Shown here: positions 8,265-17,996 of the stretch, piece by piece
Position numbering within the stretch: position 1 is the first letter of the stretch
Layout: each line of letters opens with the position of its first letter
Assembly: GCA_963828735.1 (NCBI GenBank)
Contig: CAWHFW010000005.1
Location: 64,001 to 128,000, forward strand
Direction: 5' to 3'
Origin: an uncultured Gemmatimonadales bacterium
Lineage (GTDB): Bacteria; Gemmatimonadota; Gemmatimonadetes; Gemmatimonadales; GWC2-71-9
DNA: 64,000 bases
Position numbers and translations under genes: made by a program
Notes under the pieces: generated by a model
Databases searched by the model: none
What the model was told of the DNA's origin: nothing
The model's input: the letters and a program-made list of their open reading frames with translations, nothing else

Positions 8265-10517
8265 CTAGCTGCAGTACTCCTCGATCTGGTCGATCCCGAT
8301 GCGGACGTCGCGCGGCTTGCTGCCGTTCGCCGGCCCGAGGATCCCCGCCTCCTCGAGCTGATCCATGATGCGCGCCGCTCGCCCGTAGCCGATACCGAGC
8401 TTCCTCTGCAGCAGAGACGTCGAGCCACCCTGGTTCTGGACGCAGGCGATGGCGGCCTCCTTGAACTGCGGATCGCGCTCACCGGCCTCGGCTGCCCCCT
8501 CCCCGGCCCCTTCGCCCTCGCCCTCGGGCACCTCGTCGAGGATATTGGTCTCGGCGGACTCGACCACTCCGCGCTGGTCTCGCTCCACCTTCCACTGGCG
8601 GTACCGCTCCAGGATCTTCTCGCTTTCCTCCGTGGAAATGTAGGCACCCTGGAGCCGCATCGGCTCGCTCTTCCCCGGCTCGAGGAATAGCATGTCGCCC
8701 TTGCCCAGCAGCGCCTCCGAGCCGTTCTGGTCGAGGATGGTGCGGCTGTCCACTTTCGACGCCACCCGGAAGGCGATCCGGCTCGGGAAGTTGGCCTTGA
8801 TGAGCCCGGTGATGACGTTCACCGACGGCCGCTGCGTCGCGAGAATGAGATGCAGCCCGACCGCGCGTGCTTTCTGCGCCAGGCGGGCAAGCGGCGTCTC
8901 CACCTCGGACTGGACCGTCATCATCAGGTCCGCCAGCTCGTCCACCACGACCACGATCAGCGGCAGCTTGCCCTCGGTGTACGCCTCGGCCTCGGGCGGT
9001 GGCGGCGGCGTGTCCGGCGCCTCGGCGGCGATGTCCGTGAGCGTCACGCGCCGCGGCGCCGGATGCCGGAGCGACTTCCCCTCGAGCACCTTGCGATTGA
9101 ACTCGGTCATGTTGCGCGCGCCGTTGGCCTCGAGCAGCGCGTAGCGCCGCTCCATCTCGCCGACGGCCCACTTGAGCACCCGCGCGGCTTCCTTGTTGTT
9201 GGTGACGACCGGATGACGGAGATGGGGCAGGTCCTTATACATGGACAGCTCCACCATCTTCGGGTCGATCATCAGGAGGCGCAGGTCCTCCTTGTGCTGG
9301 TAGTGGTAGATGAGCGACGTGATGATCGCGTTGATCCCGACGGACTTGCCGGTGCCGGTGGCGCCCGCGATGAGCAGGTGCGGCATCTTGGCGAGGTCGG
9401 CGATGACCGGGCGGCCTTCGAGGTCCAGGCCCAGCGCGACCGGCAGAAGCCGCTCTTCGCCGCTCCACAGATCGTCCTCCAGCAGCTCGCGAAGGACGAC
9501 CACGCGCGACTTGGGGTTCGGGACCTCGACCCCCACCATGTCCCGGCCCGGGATGCGTGCGACCCGGATGGACCGCGCGCTCATCTTGAGCGCGAGGTCG
9601 TCGGCCAGGTTCACCAGCCGATTCATCTTCACGCCCGGCCGGAGCCGGACGCCGTACTGCGTCACGACCGGACCGGTGGTCCGGCCGGCCACGTCGCCTT
9701 CCACCTTAAACTCGGCCAACGTCTCCTCGAGACGCTCCTGCAGAACGTCGAGCTCACCCTCGCCGGCGTCGATGCCCCTGGTGCGCGGCGCCTCCAGCAG
9801 CTCGACCTCCCAGACGGGCCCCAGGTCCTTGTCGCCCGGCGCGCGGCGGGGCTCGGGCTTCTTCGCCGACTTGGCCTTGGTCGGCTTGCCATCGGGCTTG
9901 GGCGCCGTCTTCGGCTCGTCTCGCGCCTTGGCCACCTGGAGCTCGGCCGCCTCCGGCGTCTCCTTGGGGGCGTCCTTGGCCGTCTTCCGTCTGCCCTCGC
10001 CCTTCGCGATCTCGCCCTTGGCCGCCGCCGGTGCCTGCGGCTGGCGCTCGAGACGCTGCAGCGGATGCCAGGCGAACGTGCCGAGGGTCAGTGCCGACAG
10101 CGCGAGGAATCCCGCCAGCACCGCGCCCGCGGGGCCGATGCCGCGCGGAATGGCGACCGCGAAGAAGCCGGGGAGGGCGCCAACCATCTTGCCGAGGAAG
10201 CGACCGTTGTCGATGTCGAACACGGTGACGTGTCCGAGCACGCCGGCGAGATAGGGCAGCAGCACGCTCAGGCCGACGATGAGAAATGCCGAGCGCTTCA
10301 TGTCGAGGTTGCCCAGGCGCTCGAACCCCGCGAGCGCGAGCCCGATGCCGAGCAACGGGATGCCGAGTGCGCCCGCCCCGAGCCACTCCCAGAGTGTCTG
10401 GCCCAGGGAGTGGCCGATCGGGCCGGTCAGCGGGAACGGCAGGAGGGTCAGGCCGACGAAGAGACCGACGACGAGGGCGGTGATCGCGCCCAGCCGCCGG
10501 CGTGAATCGGAGCTCAT
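8265..10517 (-). CDS. ftsK: DNA translocase FtsK
   Basis: N-terminal TM segments; PHLLIAGATGTGKS; DELADLMM; ATQRPSV; gamma domain LQRKLGIGYGRAARIMD. Confidence 0.97.
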   Translation of the reverse strand: MSSDSRRRLGAITALVVGLFVGLTLLPFPLTGPIGHSLGQTLWEWLGAGALGIPLLGIGLALAGFERLGNLDMKRSAFLIVGLSVLLPYLAGVLGHVTVFDIDNGRFLGKMVGALPGFFAVAIPRGIGPAGAVLAGFLALSALTLGTFAWHPLQRLERQPQAPAAAKGEIAKGEGRRKTAKDAPKETPEAAELQVAKARDEPKTAPKPDGKPTKAKSAKKPEPRRAPGDKDLGPVWEVELLEAPRTRGIDAGEGELDVLQERLEETLAEFKVEGDVAGRTTGPVVTQYGVRLRPGVKMNRLVNLADDLALKMSARSIRVARIPGRDMVGVEVPNPKSRVVVLRELLEDDLWSGEERLLPVALGLDLEGRPVIADLAKMPHLLIAGATGTGKSVGINAIITSLIYHYQHKEDLRLLMIDPKMVELSMYKDLPHLRHPVVTNNKEAARVLKWAVGEMERRYALLEANGARNMTEFNRKVLEGKSLRHPAPRRVTLTDIAAEAPDTPPPPPEAEAYTEGKLPLIVVVVDELADLMMTVQSEVETPLARLAQKARAVGLHLILATQRPSVNVITGLIKANFPSRIAFRVASKVDSRTILDQNGSEALLGKGDMLFLEPGKSEPMRLQGAYISTEESEKILERYRQWKVERDQRGVVESAETNILDEVPEGEGEGAGEGAAEAGERDPQFKEAAIACVQNQGGSTSLLQRKLGIGYGRAARIMDQLEEAGILGPANGSKPRDVRIGIDQIEEYCS

Positions 10518-11257
10518 ACCGGCACTGCTGCGAGGGTCACCCGGCGTTCGTGGAAATGCGCCAGCACAGGATAGACGTCGAGGCGCGCGGCGTCGAGCAC
10601 GTCGTCCAGCAGACCGAGCTTGATCAGCTCGCGGCCTGCGCGGCTGCGACGGAGGGGGCGCTCCCAGTTCTCGCCATACCGGCGGACGAGATCCAGGCTC
10701 GCGATCGCCGCGTCGTTGAGGCCGCGTCGCGACCCGTGGCTTCCCAGAGCCGCGGCGATCAAACGGCCCGCGCAGTAGGCGTCGTCGAGCGAGAAGGCCC
10801 CGTCCCGACCGGCGCAGACGATGAGCAGGTCAGCGTCGCGCTCGAGCGTCTCGCGCGCCCTCTCGGCGGCGACGCCCAGGTTCGCGGCGCACGTGCCAAA
10901 CACCGCCGCCGCGCCTTGGCACGCCAGCAGCGCCTTGGTGCCGTTGGTGGTGGTGACGATCAGCGTCTTCCCCCGCACCGCCGGTTCGGTCATCTCCAGC
11001 GGGCTATTGCCGAGGTGGAACCCCGGAATGCGGAGGCATTGCTTCTCGCCGGCCAGCAGCACGTCCGTGCTGCCGATCGTCTGGGCGAGCCGGAGCGCCT
11101 CCTCGGTCGACGCCACCGGAATGAGCGCCTTGGCGCCGTGATGGAGCGCGGCGCACATCGAGGTCGTGGCGCGCAGGATGTCGATGACGAACGCCGTGCG
11201 GCCCTGGACCGCCGCGGGCGCGAGGCCGGCCGGCGCGAAGACGACGTCGATCCTCAT
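10514..11257 (-). CDS. comB: 2-phosphosulfolactate phosphatase family protein
   Basis: [19 protein letters not shown] and FSLDD motifs; ATGA overlaps with accC and ftsK. Confidence 0.88.
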   Translation of the reverse strand: MRIDVVFAPAGLAPAAVQGRTAFVIDILRATTSMCAALHHGAKALIPVASTEEALRLAQTIGSTDVLLAGEKQCLRIPGFHLGNSPLEMTEPAVRGKTLIVTTTNGTKALLACQGAAAVFGTCAANLGVAAERARETLERDADLLIVCAGRDGAFSLDDAYCAGRLIAAALGSHGSRRGLNDAAIASLDLVRRYGENWERPLRRSRAGRELIKLGLLDDVLDAARLDVYPVLAHFHERRVTLAAVPV

Positions 11258-12612
11258 GCCTCGGGCCGGAGGAGGTGGGACTCGCGCTCGAGGAATCGGG
11301 TGTCGACGCGGCCGGCGGCGAAGTCGGGATGCCGGATCACGCGGGCGAGGAACGGGATCGTCGTGGTGACCCCTTCGAGGATGAAGCTGTCCAGCGCCTG
11401 GCCCATCCGGGTGAGAGCCTCCTCGCGGTCGTTGCCGTGCACGATCACCTTGGCGAGCAGCGAGTCGTAATACGGCGGCACCGTATATCCGGCGTAGACA
11501 TGGGTGTCCACGCGCACCCCGGGACCGCCCGGAGGGTGGTAGGCGGTGATGAGGCCCGGACAGGGCTGGAAGTTCCGGTAGGGATCTTCCGCGTTGATAC
11601 GGCATTCGATCGCGTGCCCGCGAAGACGCCGCCCGTCCCCCTGGAAGCTGATCGGCTCTCCGGCCGCGACCCTGATCTGCTCCTTGACGAGGTCGAAGCT
11701 GGTCACCATCTCGGTGACCGGATGCTCCACCTGGATCCGGGTGTTCATCTCCATGAAGTAGAACGAGCCGTCCGTGTCGAGCAGAAACTCGAGCGTCCCC
11801 GCGCCGACGTAGGCGATGTTCGACGCCAACGCCACGGCGGCGTTGCCCATCCGCTCACGCAGGTCCGATGTGAGCGCGGGGCTCGGGCTTTCCTCGATGA
11901 GCTTCTGGTGGCGCCGCTGCACCGAGCAGTCGCGCTCGCCGAGGTGGACGACCTTGCCGTGCGTGTCGCCCATGACCTGAATCTCGACGTGGCGCGGATG
12001 CTCGATGTACTTCTCGACGTACACCGCGCCGTTGTTGAACGCGGCCAGGGCCTCGTTCTGCGCCAGGCCGAAGAGCTGCGGGAACTGTTCCGCCTCGTTG
12101 GCGATCCGCATCCCCTTCCCGCCCCCGCCCGCGGTCGCCTTGATGATGACCGGAAAGCCGATCGACTCGGCAAAGGCCAGCGCCTCGTCGGGGTCGTCGA
12201 TGGTGCCCGGCGAGCCAGGCACGGTGGGCACGCCGGCCTCCGAGGCCAGGCGGCGGGCCGTGGCCTTGTCGCCCATCTGGCGGATCTGATCGCCGCTCGG
12301 GCCGATGAACGTGATGTTCGAGGCCTTGCAGGTGTCGGCGAACTCGGCGTTCTCGGCCAGGAAGCCGTAGCCCGGGTGGATGGCGTCGGCGCCGGTGATC
12401 TCGGCGGCGGCGATGATGTTGGGGATCTTGAGGTACGAGCTCCGGCTCGGCGGCGGCCCGATGCAGACGTCGTCGTCGGCGAAGCGGACGTGCAGCGACT
12501 CCCGGTCGGCCTCCGAGTACACGGCCACCGTCTCGAGGCCGAGCTCCCGGCACGCACGAATGACCCGCAAGGCGATCTCCCCGCGGTTCGCGATCAGGAC
12601 CTTCTTAAACAC
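11254..12612 (-). CDS. accC: Acetyl-CoA carboxylase biotin carboxylase subunit
   Basis: [37 protein letters not shown] and [10 protein letters not shown] motifs. Confidence 0.98.
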   Translation of the reverse strand: MFKKVLIANRGEIALRVIRACRELGLETVAVYSEADRESLHVRFADDDVCIGPPPSRSSYLKIPNIIAAAEITGADAIHPGYGFLAENAEFADTCKASNITFIGPSGDQIRQMGDKATARRLASEAGVPTVPGSPGTIDDPDEALAFAESIGFPVIIKATAGGGGKGMRIANEAEQFPQLFGLAQNEALAAFNNGAVYVEKYIEHPRHVEIQVMGDTHGKVVHLGERDCSVQRRHQKLIEESPSPALTSDLRERMGNAAVALASNIAYVGAGTLEFLLDTDGSFYFMEMNTRIQVEHPVTEMVTSFDLVKEQIRVAAGEPISFQGDGRRLRGHAIECRINAEDPYRNFQPCPGLITAYHPPGGPGVRVDTHVYAGYTVPPYYDSLLAKVIVHGNDREEALTRMGQALDSFILEGVTTTIPFLARVIRHPDFAAGRVDTRFLERESHLLRPEA

Positions 12613-12633
12613 GCGGGCCTCGGCCCTTCAGCA

Positions 12634-13824
12634 TCAGGGCGTGAGGTCCAGCGCCCGCGGCGCCGACGCGTCACCCGTGATCTCGGTGAACGTCCGGTCG
12701 GATGCCGAGTCGACTCCAGACACCCGGAGCGCGAACTCGCTCGGGTTGGTCGAGTAGAACAGCGCGCTCTCGTAGGAGATCATGCCGTCCTTGAACCACT
12801 TCATCAGCGACTGGTCGAACGACTGCATACCGTAGGAGACGGTGCCTTCGGCGATGAGATCGGGAATGTTGAGCGCTTTCTCGATGTCCCGGATGTTGTC
12901 CGCGACGGCGGCCGTGTTGATGAGCACCTCGGCGCCGGGAACCCGCCCGCGCCCGTCGGCCCGCGGCACCAGCCGGAGCGACACCACCGCCTGCAGCGCG
13001 GTGGCGAGCAGCATCCGGATCTCCTGGTGCTGATACGGTGGATAGAAGGAGATGATGCGGTTGAGCGTCTGGGTGGCGTCGGTGGTATGGAGCGTGCTGA
13101 ATACCAGGTGCCCGGTGTCGGCGGCCTTGAGTGCCGTGTCGAGCGTCTCCATGTCGCGGATCTCACCGACCAGGATCACGTCCGGGTCCTGGCGCAGCAC
13201 GTGGCGCAGGGCCGATGCGAACGAGAGCGTGTCGCTGCCCACCTCGCGCTGCGAGATGTTGGCCATCACGTCGCGGTGCAGGAACTCGATCGGGTCCTCG
13301 ATCGTGATCACGTTGACCCGGCGGTTCTGGTTGACGTGGTTGATCATCGACGCGAGCGCGGTCGACTTGCCCGAGCCGGTGATGCCGGTGACCAGCACCA
13401 GGCCGCGCGGCTTCAGCGAGATCTCCTCCAGCACCACGGGCAGGTGTAGGTCGGCGATCGTCTTGACCTCGTACGGAATGGCCCGGAAGGCGAAGGCCAG
13501 CGTGCCGCGCTGCTGGTAGATGTTGGTGCGGAACCGGCCCACGCCGGGGACGCCGATGGCGAAGTCGGCCTCCTTCTTCTCGGCGAACTCCTTCACCTGG
13601 CGCGGGGTCATCACCTGCTCGGCCAGCATCTTGAGGTCCTCGGGCTTGACCGGCGGCATCTCGAGCGTGTGGAGCTCGCCGTTCACCCGGACCGTCGGTG
13701 GGCGGCCGACCTTGAGGAGCAGGTCGGACGCGTTCCGCTGCACCATCTGCGCGATGGTCTGCTTGAAGTTGAACGTCGACGCCCCCGAAGCGGGCGCCGG
13801 CGTCTGCCCGCCCGCCTCAGCCAT
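12634..13824 (-). CDS. PilT/PilU family type IV pilus retraction ATPase
   Basis: GITGSGKST Walker A; TIEDPIEF Asp box; LRQDPDVILVGEIRD; GHLVFSTLHT His box; GMQSFDQSL. Confidence 0.93.
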   Translation of the reverse strand: MAEAGGQTPAPASGASTFNFKQTIAQMVQRNASDLLLKVGRPPTVRVNGELHTLEMPPVKPEDLKMLAEQVMTPRQVKEFAEKKEADFAIGVPGVGRFRTNIYQQRGTLAFAFRAIPYEVKTIADLHLPVVLEEISLKPRGLVLVTGITGSGKSTALASMINHVNQNRRVNVITIEDPIEFLHRDVMANISQREVGSDTLSFASALRHVLRQDPDVILVGEIRDMETLDTALKAADTGHLVFSTLHTTDATQTLNRIISFYPPYQHQEIRMLLATALQAVVSLRLVPRADGRGRVPGAEVLINTAAVADNIRDIEKALNIPDLIAEGTVSYGMQSFDQSLMKWFKDGMISYESALFYSTNPSEFALRVSGVDSASDRTFTEITGDASAPRALDLTP

Positions 13825-14353
13825 TGGGATCTACCCGGTAAAGGACCTGGCCGAATTCCACCGGCTGGGCGTCGTCCACGAGGATTTCGCGAACCACGCC
13901 CGCGATCTCGGCTTCGATCTCGTTCATGATCTTCATCGCCTCGATGATGCACACCGTCTGGCCCGGCGAGACCCGCGTCCCGGCTTTCACGTAGGGATCG
14001 GCACCCGGCTCGGGCGACTTGTAGAACGTCCCGACCATCGGGGATTTGATGTCCTTGAGCGCGGAGGAGGCACGCGGCGCCTCGCGGGTCTCCGCGTCGC
14101 CCCCCGCGGCCGGGGCGCTGGCCGCGGCGGGCGGAGCATAGTGGGCCGGGGCGGCGACCATGGTGGGGACACCGTTTCCGGTACGGGTGATGACCACCTT
14201 GGTACCGAACATGCCCTTGACCTCGATCGAGCCGATCTCCGGCGAATCGCGCAGCAACTGCGCGAGGCCCTGCACGTCCTGCAGCTCGATGGCCTTCATC
14301 CCCGGCACGTTCTGCAGCAGCTCCGCGAGCTGCTTCATGTCCTGGGGCGTCAT
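13817..14353 (-). CDS. accB: Biotin carboxyl carrier protein
   Basis: SPMVGTFY and EAMKIMNEI biotinylation motif; Ala/Pro-rich linker. Confidence 0.96.
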   Translation of the reverse strand: MTPQDMKQLAELLQNVPGMKAIELQDVQGLAQLLRDSPEIGSIEVKGMFGTKVVITRTGNGVPTMVAAPAHYAPPAAASAPAAGGDAETREAPRASSALKDIKSPMVGTFYKSPEPGADPYVKAGTRVSPGQTVCIIEAMKIMNEIEAEIAGVVREILVDDAQPVEFGQVLYRVDPNG

Positions 14354-14469
14354 AGGGAGGTGACGAGCCCGTTTACGCGGCGGTCGACCCGGATCACTTG
14401 CCCCTCCTCGAGAAAGAGCGGGATCTGCACGGTAGCGCCGGTTTCCAGGATTGGCGGCGTCGTTGTCAT
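14350..14469 (-). pseudogene. efp: Elongation factor P C-terminal remnant (39 aa: MTTTPPILETGATVQIPLFLEEGQVIRVDRRVNGLVTSL)
   Basis: LETGAxVQxPLFxxEGxxIxVD is the EF-P C-terminal signature; sits in the canonical pepP-efp-accB position; stop overlaps the accB ATG; translated by hand because it is below the ORF-track cutoff. Confidence 0.85.
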
Positions 14470-14479
14470 CGTCGATGGG

Positions 14480-15568
14480 TTACACCAGCTCGAGCAGGTC
14501 GGTGCGGCCGTCGGAGAGCACCTCTGCGCCGTCCGGGCCGAGGTGGACGTCGTCCTCCAGCCGGACCCCGCCCCAGCCCGGAAGATAGATGCCCGGCTCG
14601 ACGGTCACCACCGCATGCAGCGGAAGCGCGGATTCGGCCGTCGGAGCCAGCCGGGGCGCCTCATGCACCTCGAGACCCAGACCGTGGCCCAGCGAATGGC
14701 CGAAGGCGTCACCGAATCCGCGCGCCGCGATCACCTCCCGCGCGAGCGCGTCACCTTCACGTCCGGTCATCCCCGCACGGAGGTGGTCAAGCGCGCGGCG
14801 TTGCGCCGTGCGCACGAGATCGTAGACTGTCCGCTGGCGCTCGTCCGCCCGACCACCGACCACCATCGTTCGCGTGAGATCGGCGCAGTATCCGTCCACC
14901 TGCGCGCCGAAGTCAAGCAGCAGCCACTCCCCGGCCCCGACGATGCGCGTGCTGGTGCGCGCGTGGGGCAGCGCCGCTCGCGGCCCGCTCGCGACGATCG
15001 TGGGGAAAGGGTGCCACTCGCTGCCCCGGCGGCGGAGCGCCGATTCGAGCGCGGCGGCCACCTCCAGCTCCGCCTGGCCTGCGCGGATGGTGGGAAGCAC
15101 CTCGCCCAGCGCATCCTGCGCCAGGGCGGCGGCCGCCCGGATCGACGCGATCTCCTCCGGGGCCTTTACCGCACGCAGGCGCTCGACCAGGTCCGTCGAG
15201 GGCACCAGGCGCGCCCGGGTCAGCCCCCCGAGCCTCTCCGCGTCGCGAACCGTGAGCGCCTGCGCCTCGATCCCGATCGCGCCCAGGGGCTCGGCGGCCA
15301 GCACACGGCCCAGGCGGTCCCACACGCTCTTCTGATCGATCTCGACCGTCGCGGCGCCGCCTGCTTCGTTCGGCGCCTGGACGGCGTAGCGGAAATCGGT
15401 GATCAGTGTCGTGCTCGAGGCGCGCACCAGCAGCAGCGCGGCGGACCCGGTGAACCCGGTCAGGTACCGGATGTTGGGCAGGTGCGTGACGAGGAGGGCG
15501 TCGAGCCCCTCGTCGTCCAGCGCGACCCGCAGTGCGGCCTGCCGGTCGGCGCGGCGGTCAGGCCGCAC
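14480..15568 (-). CDS. Xaa-Pro aminopeptidase (M24B)
   Basis: [44 protein letters not shown] and GVRLED motifs. Confidence 0.95.
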   Translation of the reverse strand: MRPDRRADRQAALRVALDDEGLDALLVTHLPNIRYLTGFTGSAALLLVRASSTTLITDFRYAVQAPNEAGGAATVEIDQKSVWDRLGRVLAAEPLGAIGIEAQALTVRDAERLGGLTRARLVPSTDLVERLRAVKAPEEIASIRAAAALAQDALGEVLPTIRAGQAELEVAAALESALRRRGSEWHPFPTIVASGPRAALPHARTSTRIVGAGEWLLLDFGAQVDGYCADLTRTMVVGGRADERQRTVYDLVRTAQRRALDHLRAGMTGREGDALAREVIAARGFGDAFGHSLGHGLGLEVHEAPRLAPTAESALPLHAVVTVEPGIYLPGWGGVRLEDDVHLGPDGAEVLSDGRTDLLELV

Positions 15569-15995
15569 GCAGTCGGCCCACCAACGCCTGCAGGGCCAGC
15601 AGGTAGCTCTGCGCGCCGAACCCGGCCACCAGGCCGACGGCCAGGTCCGCGATCATGGAGTGGTGCCGCGCGGGCTCTCGCGCGAAAATGTTCGAGAGGT
15701 GCAGCTCGACGAAGGGGACCTGCACGGCCAGCAGCGCGTCACGCAGGGCGAGGCTCGTGTGCGTCAGCGAGGCCGCGTTGATCAGCGCGCCGTCGGCGCG
15801 GCCCTTGAGCCGCTGCACCGCGTCCACCAGCTCGCCCTCATGGTTGGTCTGGAGCCATTCCAGCTCGACCCCGTGATCGCGCGCCGCCTCGCGCACCATC
15901 GCTTCGATCTCGGCCAGCGTCGTGCGTCCGTAGACCTCTGGCTCCCGCTGCCCCAGGAGGTTCAGGTTGGGGCCGTTCAGGACGCTGATGCGCAT
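15558..15995 (-). CDS. aroQ: Type II 3-dehydroquinate dehydratase
   Basis: [27 protein letters not shown] and ELHLSNI motifs. Confidence 0.97.
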   Translation of the reverse strand: MRISVLNGPNLNLLGQREPEVYGRTTLAEIEAMVREAARDHGVELEWLQTNHEGELVDAVQRLKGRADGALINAASLTHTSLALRDALLAVQVPFVELHLSNIFAREPARHHSMIADLAVGLVAGFGAQSYLLALQALVGRLRAA

Positions 15996-17804
15996 TCAGC
16001 GCTTGAGATTCTGAAGCCAGGCGTGAAACTGGTCGAGGTCGTCGCTCTTCGGGTCGGCGGGACGCGCCGGGCGGGCGCCGCTTTCACCGGCTCCCCCGAA
16101 GAACTCGTCGTACGACACGCCGCCCGGTCCGGAGGCCGTGACGCCGCTCGCGGGCACGGCCGGCGGTGTTGGCGTGGAGTCCTCGCCGAACACCGAGCTC
16201 AACGAGAGGCTGTCGTGCGCCGGGCGCGTTGGCGCGCCGCCCGAGCCGGCATCCTGGACGGAGCGGGCCGGCTCCGCGTGCGTCATCGGGCCGGCCGGCG
16301 CTGCTGGAAGGCGCCCGGCGAGTAGTCCTTGAAGAAACAGCTGGACCGATTGTCCGCGGGTCTCGCGCACCGAGTACAACGGCGGCGGAGCCGCGACGGT
16401 CATCGGTTCGCCAGCGGCCGGCGCGGTGACGGGCTCCGCCGCGGACGCCGGTGCCGCGGCCATGCGCTCGAGCTCCGCCACCTTCTCCTCGAAGCGCGAC
16501 TCGCCGGTGCGATCCACCAGATGACGGAAGACCGTGAGTGCTTCGGCGGTGTGGCCCTGGCGGAGCAGCAGCTCTGCCATGGATTCCGTGACCACCAGGT
16601 CAGGCTCGGAAGGTCGCGGCGGCTCGGCCACAGGGGCAGCCCAGGCCGCCGGTGTTCCCGGCGCCACCAGCTCCTGTACCCTCTCGTCCGCTCCGACGGG
16701 CTCCGCGGTCGCGGCATCGGTCGTTGCCAACGGCTGTTCGTCTGCCGCCTCGGCCTCGGGCTCGGACGCCGGCTCGAAGGAACGAGGCTGCGGCGCTGCG
16801 GTCGCGGTCTCCTCCTTCTCGAGCGGCGGGCGCTCGGGCATCAGCGGCTCGGGCTCGCGGAGTCGACGAGCAGAGAGCAGCTCCTCCGAGGCGTTTGCAA
16901 CCTGGAACTCGCCGCCGCCCGAGCTCTGGAGGACGATGTCCTCGGCGGTCTCCACCTGCCACCCATCCGATGGATCGCGGGAGTCGCCGTGACGGGCTTG
17001 ATCCTCGCGTCCCACGAGACCAGAGAGCGGCTCGACGGTCTCGTCGAGGCTCACCGGCTGTTCGAGCTCGATGCCCACCGGCGGCACGGCGGCGTCGCCG
17101 GCGCTGAGGTCGAGCTCCTCCAGCTCCAGCGGCGGGGCCTCGGCCGCGGTCGAGCCGGAATCCTCCACCCAGGCAAGCGTTGCTTCCCGCGGCGGCTCGG
17201 GCATCGGCGGCAGGCGCATGGCCAAAGCGGCCGGCTCCTCCTCCGCATCCTCCAGGTCGGGCGCGGGCGATTCCGCTGTCGTCGCCTCGGCCATCGCCGG
17301 CTCGGCCAGGCCCGCGGCGTCACCGGCCGCTTCGAGGGTGGTCTCTGCCGTGACGGCCGGCGCGGCGTCGGGCGAGGCGGAGGATGCAGTCTCCGCCTGG
17401 CGGCGGCTGGCCTCTACCCGGCCGAGCTGATCGCGGGCCTCGTCATTGCTCCGATCGACGGTCAGCAGCAGCCGGAGCAACCGCTCCGCCTCGTCGAACC
17501 GAGCCTGTCGCTCGGTGATGTCGGCCAACGCCTTGAGGGCGATGACGTTCTCGGCGTCCAGCGAGAGCACATGATTGAAGGCCACCTCGGCCGCGGGCAG
17601 GTCGCCGAGGTCCAGGTGACAGCGGCCGAGCACGATGCTGGCCGGGATGTAATCGGGATGGAGTGTCAGACCCAGCCGGAGCAGCTCGAGGCCACGGGCC
17701 ACGTCGCCGTTTTTGCGGTGGACTTCGGCGAGGGGAGCGAACGTCAGTCCCTGCGGGTTTTCGGCGTACCGACGCTCCAACTTCTCGATCTCGCTAAGTG
17801 CCAT
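15996..17804 (-). CDS. TPR-containing protein with long acidic/Pro-rich linkers
   Basis: N-terminal TPR-like helices (FAPLAEVHRK..G, LGRCHLDLGD); VTESMAELLLRQG; amphipathic C-terminus DLDQFHAWLQNLKR. Confidence 0.8.
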   Translation of the reverse strand: MALSEIEKLERRYAENPQGLTFAPLAEVHRKNGDVARGLELLRLGLTLHPDYIPASIVLGRCHLDLGDLPAAEVAFNHVLSLDAENVIALKALADITERQARFDEAERLLRLLLTVDRSNDEARDQLGRVEASRRQAETASSASPDAAPAVTAETTLEAAGDAAGLAEPAMAEATTAESPAPDLEDAEEEPAALAMRLPPMPEPPREATLAWVEDSGSTAAEAPPLELEELDLSAGDAAVPPVGIELEQPVSLDETVEPLSGLVGREDQARHGDSRDPSDGWQVETAEDIVLQSSGGGEFQVANASEELLSARRLREPEPLMPERPPLEKEETATAAPQPRSFEPASEPEAEAADEQPLATTDAATAEPVGADERVQELVAPGTPAAWAAPVAEPPRPSEPDLVVTESMAELLLRQGHTAEALTVFRHLVDRTGESRFEEKVAELERMAAAPASAAEPVTAPAAGEPMTVAAPPPLYSVRETRGQSVQLFLQGLLAGRLPAAPAGPMTHAEPARSVQDAGSGGAPTRPAHDSLSLSSVFGEDSTPTPPAVPASGVTASGPGGVSYDEFFGGAGESGARPARPADPKSDDLDQFHAWLQNLKR

Positions 17805-17875
17805 CCGGAGTTCCGCTGGTCGAGGTTCGAGCCGGCGCGGGGGGAAACGTGCTAAGTCATTGCAGGAGGTCTGGG

Positions 17876-17904
17876 AGAGTAGCGAGCCACCCCGGCGCTG
17901 TCAA
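17876..17904 (-). promoter_or_regulatory. Sigma70 promoter TTGACA-17 bp-TACTCT for the TPR-aroQ-pepP-acc operon
   Basis: Consensus -35, 17-bp spacer and TANNNT -10 read directly. Confidence 0.6.
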
Positions 17905-17996
17905 CTGCTAACGTCTGCCCCGCCTTGAGGTTCTGTGTTGATGTGCTTAAGCTTATGGCTCTTTTGTCCCCCATAGGTCCGGAGTCGCGTCGTACT

